Assembly: GCA_021325435.1 (NCBI GenBank)
Contig: JAJPHE010000124.1
Span: 3,921-67,920, forward strand
Direction: 5' to 3'
Origin: Actinomycetota bacterium
GTDB taxonomy: Bacteria; Actinomycetota; Acidimicrobiia; Acidimicrobiales; JAJPHE01
Length of the DNA stretch: 64,000 bases
Positions 9,407 to 16,766 of the stretch are shown one piece after another. The notes beneath the pieces are model-generated. The model ran no database searches, was not told the origin of the DNA, and saw only the letters and a program-made list of their open reading frames with translations. A program made the translations under genes and the position numbers. Within the stretch, counting starts at the first letter, position 1. Every line of letters starts with the position of its first letter.

Positions 9407-9513
9407 CGACCCGCCTCCGGCGGCTGGGCGTCGGAGGTGAAGACCCGGGCCAGGAACAGCCCGAGCAGCGCCAGCGCCAGGGGCACCAGCAGAGAGGCCG
9501 ACGACCTAAACAC
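9403..9513 (-). CDS. Possible 36-aa single-helix membrane peptide
   Basis: Read by hand: GTG at 9513, translation VFRSSASLLVPLALALLGLFLARVFTSDAQPPEAGR. Its TGA overlaps the ATG of the M20 gene (ATGA). No homology evidence. Below the ORF-track size cut-off. Confidence 0.2.
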   Translation of the reverse strand: MFRSSASLLVPLALALLGLFLARVFTSDAQPPEAGR

Positions 9514-9681
9514 GGGCTTGGCTCATGCGCGCTCCTGGGTGCCGACACGGAGACCCCGGCCGGGGGAGCCATCCTCCCCGTCCGGCGGTGGGCCGCCGAT
9601 TGTAGGGGAGGACCATTCCCGCCCCTGGCCGTGGTGCAGGCCACCCAGGCGCGCTGGCGGGCGGGATGGCAGGGTGGGACG

Positions 9682-10788
9682 GTGAAGCTCACCGCGGTGG
9701 AGCTCCGGCGGGTCTCGCTGCCTCTGGTGGCGCCCTTCCGGACCTCCTTCGGTACCGAAGTCGAGAAGGACGCCCTGCTGGTCCGGGCCATCTCGCCGGA
9801 GGCGGAGGGATGGGGGGAATGCGTCGCCATGGCGCACCCGCTCTACTCCTACGAGCACCTCGAAGGCGCCCGCGACGTCATCCGCCGCTTCCTGCTCCCC
9901 CGCCTGTTCGCCGCCGGTGATGTGACGGCCCAGGGAGTCGGCCACCTGCTGGAGCCGATCAAGGGTCATCCGATGGCGAAGGCAGCGGTGGAGATGGCGG
10001 TCCTCGACGCCGAACTGCGCCAGTCGGGCACGTCTTTCGCCTCCTTCTTCGGGGCGGTGCGCGACCGTGTCCCGTCCGGGGTGTCGGTGGGGATCATGGA
10101 CTCCATCCCTCAACTGCTCGACGCGGTGGGCGCCTACCTCGAGGCTGGCTACGTGCGCATCAAGCTCAAGATCGAACCGGGCTGGGACGTGGATCCGGTG
10201 CGGGCGGTGCGCGAACGGTTCGGCGATGAGCTGCTCCTGCAGGTCGACGCCAACACCGCCTACACCCTCGGCGACGCCCGCCAGCTGGCCCGCCTCGACC
10301 CCTTCGACCTGCTGCTCATCGAGCAGCCGCTGGCCGAGGACGACGTCGCCGGCCACGCCGAGCTGGCCCGGCGGATCCGCACCCCGGTCTGTCTCGACGA
10401 GTCGATCACCTCGGCTGCCACCGCCGCCGCCGCCATCTCCATGCAGGCGTGCCAGGTCATCAACATCAAGCCGGGGCGGGTCGGCGGCTACCTCGAGGCC
10501 CGCCGCATCGCCATCGTGGCGGCGGCCAACGGTGTGCCGGTGTGGTGCGGGGGGATGCTGGAGACCGGCATCGGCCGGGCGGCCAACGCCGCCCTGGCGG
10601 CCTGCCTCGAGTTCACCCTGCCCGGGGACGTCTCCGGGTCGGACCGCTTCTACGCCCGCGACATCACCGCCCCGCAGCTGATCCAGGATGGGCACCTGCC
10701 GGTGCCGACCGGCCCCGGCACCGGGGTCGAGGTCCTGGACGAGGTTCTCGCCGATGTGACAACCGACGTGGAGACGATCAGGCCCTGA
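9682..10788 (+). CDS. Enolase-superfamily o-succinylbenzoate synthase / N-acylamino-acid racemase (NSAR) family enzyme
   Basis: Trimmed from ORF 9631..10788 to GTG 9682 (VKLTAVELRRVSLPL...). MLE-subgroup catalytic set is visible: KxK (YVRIKLKIEPG), metal ligands QVDAN / LIEQP / CLDES, second Lys INIKPGRVGG. Confidence 0.85.
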   Translation: MKLTAVELRRVSLPLVAPFRTSFGTEVEKDALLVRAISPEAEGWGECVAMAHPLYSYEHLEGARDVIRRFLLPRLFAAGDVTAQGVGHLLEPIKGHPMAKAAVEMAVLDAELRQSGTSFASFFGAVRDRVPSGVSVGIMDSIPQLLDAVGAYLEAGYVRIKLKIEPGWDVDPVRAVRERFGDELLLQVDANTAYTLGDARQLARLDPFDLLLIEQPLAEDDVAGHAELARRIRTPVCLDESITSAATAAAAISMQACQVINIKPGRVGGYLEARRIAIVAAANGVPVWCGGMLETGIGRAANAALAACLEFTLPGDVSGSDRFYARDITAPQLIQDGHLPVPTGPGTGVEVLDEVLADVTTDVETIRP

Positions 10789-13700
10789 CCGTCAGCGCCC
10801 GGTCGAGCGCCGCTCGGATGCGGCGGGCCAGGTCCGGGCCGACACCGTCAACCGCCATCAGCTGTTCGAGGCTGGCGACCCGGAGCTCCTCTTCGGTGGG
10901 GAACGCCTCGAGCAGGACCCGCCGGCGAGCGGCGCCGATGCCGGGGACCGACTCCAGCAGGCGAGTCAGCCCGCCCTCGGCCGGCTCCCCGCCCCGGCCG
11001 GAGCGCTCGATGGCAGTGACGCTGCCGCCCAGGTAGGAGTCCACCACCAACGGGTTGGAGCGGACCTCCTCGGGGCTGCCCTCGGCGATGATCTGACCGC
11101 TGTCCATGGCCACGATGCGGTCGGCGATGCCCATGATCAACGGCATGTCGTGCTCGATGACGACGAGGGTTAGACCGAGCTGGTCGCGCAGCGCCTCGAG
11201 CAGACCCCCCAGGGCCTCGGTCTCGCGTTGGGCGATGCCCGATGAGGGCTCGTCCAGCAACAGGCACGAGGGCTCGAGGGCGACGAGGCAGGCCAACTCG
11301 GCGATCCGGCGGGTTCCGGTCGACAGCTCCTGGATCTGCTTGTCGCGATAGCGGTCCAAGCCCATGAAGGCGACCAGCTCCCGCGCTCGAGGCTGCTTGC
11401 GTCGCTCGGCCCGGCCGGCGCCCAGGACAGAGGTCAGGAAGCGGGTGGGCGTGACCCGCTCGAGGGCCAGCATGACGACCTCGGTGACGGTCATCGTCGG
11501 GAAGAGGGCGGCGTCCTGGAAGGAGCGAATGAGGCCGAGGCGGGCCCGCTCCTCCGGGGACAGCTGCGACACGTCGCGGTGGTCGAAGATGACCGATCCG
11601 GCGTCGGGCCGGGTGAAACCACCGAGCAACTCGAAGGTGGTGGTCTTGCCCGCCCCGTTAGGACCGATGAGCCCGACCGTCTCGCCGACCCGCACGGAGA
11701 AGGACACGTCGTCTACCGCGGTGATGCCGCCGAATCGCTTCACCAGCCCGCGAGCCTCCAGGAGCCGGGTGCCGGGCAGGCCGGCGCCGGCGGGCCGGGC
11801 GGCGGCCGGCCGCTCGGCCGTCACCACCGTCTTCGCCATCGACGACACCGACCCGGCCGCGGCGTCGTCCTGGCCGGCGAAGGGTGGCTCGGGGTCGATG
11901 CCGTGCCAACGGGCCACGACTCTGGCCAGGCGGTCGCGGGCCGGTTCCAGCACCTGAACCAGCCCGCCCGGCTTCCAGAGGATGATCAAGAGGGCGCCGA
12001 GGGTGGTGGCGGCCAGGCCGATGCTGCCGATGTTGAGAAGCGGCAGGCCCAGCACCCACACCGCTCCGAGGATCGGGCCCATCAGGACACCGACGCCACC
12101 CAGCACGGTCATGACGACGACGTTGAGGCTGGCGGAGGCGGGGAAGGTCGAGGCCCCGACGATGGCGAGGGAGTGGCCGTAGGCGGCGCCGCCGATACCG
12201 GCCATGAACCCGGCGATCAGATAGCCCTGCAGCTTCACCAGGCTGGAGCGGACGGAGAAGGCCCGGGCGGCGTCCTCGTTGTCGCGCACCGCCACCAGCA
12301 ACCGGCCGAAGCCGCTGCGACGGATGTTGCGGGCCACCAGCAGCACCACGAGGAACAAGACGAGGGCGAAGTAGTAGTAGCTGTGTCCGCTGTCGAGCGG
12401 GTGGCCGAACACGACCGGCCTACCGGGGTTGACGCCATCGCCGAGCATCCACGACTGGGTGAGCAGCCAGGCGGGAGTGGCCAAGGCGAAGCCGAGGGTC
12501 GTCACCGTGAGCATGAGGCCCCTGATGCGCAGGGCCGGCAGGCCGATCACGACCGACACCAGGCCCGCGGCCAGCCCGGCGTAGAGCAGGGCGAGAGGGA
12601 AGTCGCCGAAGCGGCTGGACACCCGATAGGAGACGACGGCACCGATGGCGGCCACGCCGAACTGACCCAGGGTGAGCTGCCCGCCCAGCCCGGTCAGCAC
12701 ACCGATGGACAGGCCCACCATGGCGTAGCCGATGATGCCGGTGATGCTGACCGACAGGCTGTTGGAGGTGAACGCGGGCACGGCGACCAGTAGGAGCAGG
12801 CCGGCGAAGGCGACGCCGGGTCCCACCCACCGGATGGTGGGCAGCTGACGGAGCCGGTCCGGTAGGGGGCGCAGCGCCTGCACCGCGGCCCAGCTGCCCT
12901 TCTCCTCGTCGCGGCCCCGCCGTTGGCGCTGCAACACCAGCACCACGAGGATGATCACGAACAGCGTGACCTCGACCAGGCCGGACCGGGGGTAGTTCCA
13001 GAGCAGGATCTGCTCGACGATGCCGAGGCCGACACCGCCGGCCAGCGCCAGCGGCAGACTGTTCATGCGGCCGATGACCGCCGCGGTCATGGCTCGAAGC
13101 AGGAGTCCGGGCCCGAAGGTGTCACCGCTGGTGAAGCCCTGGGTGGGGGCGGTGAGGATGGCGCTGAAGGCGGACAGGGCCCCGGCGATGGCCCACGCCA
13201 GCGATGACATCCGACTGGCGAATATGCCCGACATGCGGGCCGCCTCGGGGTTGGCGGCGGCCGCCCGCATGGCCATCCCGAAACGGCTGCGTTTGAGGAA
13301 TACGGCGATGGCAAGCACGGTCAGGGGCGACAGCACGAGCATGCCCGAGTAGGCCTGGGTGATCCGCAGGCCTCCGACGTTGAACACCGGCAACCACGAC
13401 GGCTGGGGGTAGATGGCGCCGGCGGCGGCGGTGTTGTTGATGACCGAGGCGAAGATGAGGAGGAATTGGCCCACTCCGAGGGTCGCGACCACGCTCATGA
13501 TCCGGGGGGCGTGGCGCAGGCGCCGCACCACCCCGGTCTCGGCCGCCGCCCCGGTGCCGGCGGCGGCCGCCAGGGCCAGGGGAAAGGCGACCCAGTAGGG
13601 GATGTGCCAGCTGACGGCGACCAGCCCGAACACGGCGGCGCCGAAGGCGCCGATCTGTCCGTGGGCGAAGTTGATGATGCGGTTGGTCCGGTAGATGAGG

Positions 13701-13903
13701 ACCAGACCCACGGCCAGCAGCCCGTAGGTGAGCCCGATGATCGTGCCGAGCAGGATCACCGGCCAGGGGGTGGATCCGGCGATGACGTGGCGCGAGTCCA
13801 GCTGCGACAGCAGGACCTTGGCCACCACCACCGCGGCGGCGAAGCCGGCGAACCCCGCCGCTCGGCGGTGGTCCGCCACCAGGACCTTCAGGCGTTCCCT
13901 CAT
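10778..13903 (-). CDS. Fused branched-chain-type ABC transporter: LivH-like permease + LivM-like permease + LivG-like ATPase + C-terminal helix-hairpin-helix (HhH2) domain (1041 aa)
   Basis: ORF 10778..13903; ATG overlaps the upstream stop (ATGA). LivH-like block with INFAHGQIGAFGA. Second permease block (~aa 350-690). ATPase with GPNGAGKTT, LSTGTRR, LLLDEPSSG, VIEHDM and a LivG-type end VVDSYLGG. Then a tail LLESVPGIGAARRRVLLEAFPTEEELRVASLEQLMAVDGVGPDLARRI resembling the UvrC-type HhH2. Confidence 0.85.
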   Translation of the reverse strand: MRERLKVLVADHRRAAGFAGFAAAVVVAKVLLSQLDSRHVIAGSTPWPVILLGTIIGLTYGLLAVGLVLIYRTNRIINFAHGQIGAFGAAVFGLVAVSWHIPYWVAFPLALAAAAGTGAAAETGVVRRLRHAPRIMSVVATLGVGQFLLIFASVINNTAAAGAIYPQPSWLPVFNVGGLRITQAYSGMLVLSPLTVLAIAVFLKRSRFGMAMRAAAANPEAARMSGIFASRMSSLAWAIAGALSAFSAILTAPTQGFTSGDTFGPGLLLRAMTAAVIGRMNSLPLALAGGVGLGIVEQILLWNYPRSGLVEVTLFVIILVVLVLQRQRRGRDEEKGSWAAVQALRPLPDRLRQLPTIRWVGPGVAFAGLLLLVAVPAFTSNSLSVSITGIIGYAMVGLSIGVLTGLGGQLTLGQFGVAAIGAVVSYRVSSRFGDFPLALLYAGLAAGLVSVVIGLPALRIRGLMLTVTTLGFALATPAWLLTQSWMLGDGVNPGRPVVFGHPLDSGHSYYYFALVLFLVVLLVARNIRRSGFGRLLVAVRDNEDAARAFSVRSSLVKLQGYLIAGFMAGIGGAAYGHSLAIVGASTFPASASLNVVVMTVLGGVGVLMGPILGAVWVLGLPLLNIGSIGLAATTLGALLIILWKPGGLVQVLEPARDRLARVVARWHGIDPEPPFAGQDDAAAGSVSSMAKTVVTAERPAAARPAGAGLPGTRLLEARGLVKRFGGITAVDDVSFSVRVGETVGLIGPNGAGKTTTFELLGGFTRPDAGSVIFDHRDVSQLSPEERARLGLIRSFQDAALFPTMTVTEVVMLALERVTPTRFLTSVLGAGRAERRKQPRARELVAFMGLDRYRDKQIQELSTGTRRIAELACLVALEPSCLLLDEPSSGIAQRETEALGGLLEALRDQLGLTLVVIEHDMPLIMGIADRIVAMDSGQIIAEGSPEEVRSNPLVVDSYLGGSVTAIERSGRGGEPAEGGLTRLLESVPGIGAARRRVLLEAFPTEEELRVASLEQLMAVDGVGPDLARRIRAALDRALTVRA

Positions 13904-16125
13904 TTACGTGCCCCGGCGCCGGCGCCGTGAAGGAACACCGCCCGTAGCAGATCGTCGCGCCGGAGCAGGTCGGCGGCCCGCCCGTCGAAGCGCATCTCGC
14001 CCTTCTCCATGAAGTAGGCGTGCTCGACCAGGTTCAAGGCGATGCTTACCGACTGCTCGACCAGCACCACGGCCGTCCCGTCACTGTTGATGCGGCGCAC
14101 CATCTCGAGCAGCTGGCCCACGATGATCGGCGCCAGCCCGAGTGAGAGCTCGTCGATCAGCAGCAGGCGGGGACGGAGCATGAACGCCTTGGCCAGGCCG
14201 AGCATCTGCTGCTCACCGCCCGACAGGGTGGCGGCCAGCGAGTTTCGGCGCTCCTCGAGGCGGGGGAACGCCGACAGGGCGGTGTCGATGCCGCGCTCCA
14301 CGGCTGCCCGGTCGCGGCCCAGGGTGTAGCCGAAGCCACGAAGGTTCTCGACAACCGTCATGGGCCCGAAGACCGCCCGGCCGCCGGGGATCTGGGTGAT
14401 GCCGAGGCGGGTGCGTCGCTCGGCGTCGAGGTAGGTGATGTCCTGGCCCTGGAAGCGGACCGAGCCCCGGGTCGGCAGGCCGATACCGGAGATCACCTTG
14501 AGCAGGGTGGACTTGCCGGCTCCGTTCACGCCGAGGAGGGCGACCATCTCGCCGTCCTCCACGACGAAGTCGACGCCGAAGAGCACCTGCAGATGCCCGT
14601 ACGAGAAGTCGACGCCGCGCGTCGCCAGCATCGGCAGATGGCCGCCCCCGCCCCGGATGCGGCGGATCTCCTCCTCTTCGACGACCTCCTCGATCATGCG
14701 GTTGAGGTCGGCCCGGATGAATCGTCCCGCGCTGGCGATGACGAGGGCACCCAGCACACCGGGAATCGCCACCGCCACCATGGTCCCGCTCACGCCGTAC
14801 TGGGCCTGCACCCCGGCGAGGAGCAGCACGCCGACCAGGCTGCCGGCGGCGAGCGAGATGGCCGCCAGCGACTGGGCGTGTGGGCGCATCCGGGCCGGGA
14901 TGATCGACAGGAGCGATATCGAGAGCAGGGGCAGCACGACGACCGCCAACGCTCCGGCCACCCCGAAGCAGGCCAACATTCCGCCGTACACCGGGATCAG
15001 GCCCCCGAGGGCGATCATGGTCACGGCACCGGCCTCGAGGTAACCGGCGGCACGCAGCACCCGGGCCGGGTTGGCTCGGAACTGCTTCTCTCCCCTGCCT
15101 CCGTAGAGCAAGAGGGCGGCGACGCCGCACCCGTAGTAGTAGGCGAAGAAGAGCCCCCGACCGCCCGGCCCCATGTTCCACCGCTGGTCGAGGAAGTAGG
15201 AGAGGAAGGTGCCGAGCGGGACGCTCAACACCCCGAACACGGCGAGCCCGGCGAAGATCCTCCTGGCCGTCGGGATCAGCAGCATGCGTCGGCAGATCTC
15301 CCAGAAGCCGAGGGTTACCTCGCGCTCGGGCACGGGGTCCTGCTCGCCGTGGGCCACGTGAACGGCCGCCCGCAGCCGCTCGGTGTCCCACCGGCCGAAG
15401 CCGGGGTCGCGCAGTCCCAGGCTGGACAGGGCCATGGCGATGGAGATGGCCCCGAGGGCGACGAACACACCCCGCCAGGTGAGGTGGAAGACGCCGGCCA
15501 GCAGGGCCACCAGCAGGGGCGAGACCCCGTACCCGAAGGAGTAGAAGGCGTTGTAGGTCGACAGGGCCCGTACCCGGGCCTCCGGGTGGTAGCTGTCGAG
15601 GACCAGAGGGCTGTGCAGGGCGACCACGCTCCCGGTCGTGAGGCCGTCGAGCACGAGGATGGCGACCAGCCCGACCAGGGAGGTGACGAAACCGGTGAAG
15701 AGGGTGATGACACTCCAGATCAGTCCGGTGGCGATGCACAGGAGCGCTCGACGGGCCCGGTTCTGGGTCAGGGATGCCACCGGCAGAGGGGCGACCGACT
15801 GGGCGATGAACTGAATCGACCGGGCGGCGGCGATGGCCGCCACCGACACGCCCAGCGTCCGGGTTATCTCCGGGGTGAGAACGGTGAAGGCGTAGGTCTG
15901 GAACGAGTCCGAGGTGGACAGCAGGCCGAGAGCGATGAGCGGGTAGTAGGACAGTCCGTACTGACGGGCCAGGCGGCGGAAGCTCGGCGTCTTCTCGTCG
16001 CCGGTGACCCCCAGTAGGGCCCGGGCCGAGTCGCGCATCGCCTCGCGCGTCTCGTAGATGACATCTATCTCGTCTACATCGCTCTGCTGAGCCGAAGCGG
16101 ACCTGGCGGTAGACGGGTTGCTCAC
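13900..16125 (-). CDS. MFS-like membrane domain fused to LivF-like ABC ATPase (741 aa)
   Basis: Trimmed from ORF 13900..16344 to GTG 16125 (GTGA overlap with the upstream stop). The N-terminal ~500 aa are multi-helix with MFS-like loops (SLTQNRARRALL, LDGLTTGS, YHPEARVRALSTYNAFYSFGYGVSP). The C-terminal ATPase has GVNGAGKST, LSGGEQQML, LLLIDELSLGLAP, VLVEQS. Confidence 0.8.
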   Translation of the reverse strand: MSNPSTARSASAQQSDVDEIDVIYETREAMRDSARALLGVTGDEKTPSFRRLARQYGLSYYPLIALGLLSTSDSFQTYAFTVLTPEITRTLGVSVAAIAAARSIQFIAQSVAPLPVASLTQNRARRALLCIATGLIWSVITLFTGFVTSLVGLVAILVLDGLTTGSVVALHSPLVLDSYHPEARVRALSTYNAFYSFGYGVSPLLVALLAGVFHLTWRGVFVALGAISIAMALSSLGLRDPGFGRWDTERLRAAVHVAHGEQDPVPEREVTLGFWEICRRMLLIPTARRIFAGLAVFGVLSVPLGTFLSYFLDQRWNMGPGGRGLFFAYYYGCGVAALLLYGGRGEKQFRANPARVLRAAGYLEAGAVTMIALGGLIPVYGGMLACFGVAGALAVVVLPLLSISLLSIIPARMRPHAQSLAAISLAAGSLVGVLLLAGVQAQYGVSGTMVAVAIPGVLGALVIASAGRFIRADLNRMIEEVVEEEEIRRIRGGGGHLPMLATRGVDFSYGHLQVLFGVDFVVEDGEMVALLGVNGAGKSTLLKVISGIGLPTRGSVRFQGQDITYLDAERRTRLGITQIPGGRAVFGPMTVVENLRGFGYTLGRDRAAVERGIDTALSAFPRLEERRNSLAATLSGGEQQMLGLAKAFMLRPRLLLIDELSLGLAPIIVGQLLEMVRRINSDGTAVVLVEQSVSIALNLVEHAYFMEKGEMRFDGRAADLLRRDDLLRAVFLHGAGAGARK

Positions 16126-16649
16126 AACCCCGCCCTCTGCATGCGCAGGTCCAGCTCCCAGGCGCTCTCCCCGATGCGGTGCCCGGACGTGTCCATTAGC
16201 ACCACGACGATGGCATGCAGCTGGACGCGCTCGGTGCCGGCGAGCGGCGGTATCTGGGGGATGGTGAGGTGGGTGTCCGTGGTCGTGTAGATCTGCCGGG
16301 CGGCCAGGTAGGCGGGGTCGGGGCAGCCCCGCTGGTGGAGACACTGCTCGTCGTTGGCCGCCACCGCACGCATGGTCTGGTCGGGCCGCACCGGCTGGCG
16401 GTCGACGAACACGGCGAAGTAGCCGGCGTCGGGGGTCGGCGGGGCGGAACCGGGCGCCTCCACCCGGAACTGCTTGATCGTCCAGCGGACAGTCAGCGGC
16501 GCGGCCACCAGCGCCCGGTCCGGAGGCGCCACAAAGTGGAGGCGTTCGTCTACCCGGAAGCGGAGGTCCTGCATGTGGGTGAGGCCACAGGCGCTGGCCC
16601 CCAGGGCAATCGCCATCAGGGCCGCCCCGTGGATCCGCCTTCCGCGCAC
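16122..16649 (-). CDS. Putative secreted/lipoprotein of unknown family, first gene of the transporter operon
   Basis: Frame of ORF 16122..16670. I prefer GTG 16649 (GGAGGG 6 nt upstream) over the first GTG at 16670. N-terminus VRGRRIHGAALMAIALGASAC looks like a signal/lipoprotein peptide. The mature ~150-aa domain is not recognised. Confidence 0.5.
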   Translation of the reverse strand: MRGRRIHGAALMAIALGASACGLTHMQDLRFRVDERLHFVAPPDRALVAAPLTVRWTIKQFRVEAPGSAPPTPDAGYFAVFVDRQPVRPDQTMRAVAANDEQCLHQRGCPDPAYLAARQIYTTTDTHLTIPQIPPLAGTERVQLHAIVVVLMDTSGHRIGESAWELDLRMQRAGL

Positions 16650-16766
16650 CAAGCGCCCTCCGGTCGCCACTCGATCAGCGGGTCATGCTGCCAGACGGGC
16701 CGCCTTCGGAATTGGTGCGGCCGGACCAACCCGGCACCCGGCGACTGTGGTGGCTGACGACGGCGT

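Noticed and set aside
9523-10695. Long ORFs on the opposite strand or in alternative frames of recognisable genes (for example 9523..10695-, 11579..12793+, 14213..15739-, 16899..18425+, 40138..42357-, 53150..55168+, 60407..62698-, 62328..63314-).
   Set aside because: Their translations are Arg/Pro/Gly/His-rich low-complexity strings with no motifs. Each is fully overlapped by a gene with clear family signatures. This is the shadow-ORF pattern expected at high GC, where stop codons are rare in all frames.
9682-10788. Calling the enolase-superfamily gene menC (o-succinylbenzoate synthase of menaquinone synthesis).
   Set aside because: No men genes are nearby, and the partner gene is an M20 deacylase, which favours the NSAR interpretation. 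The symbol is left blank because sequence alone cannot separate OSBS from NSAR activity.
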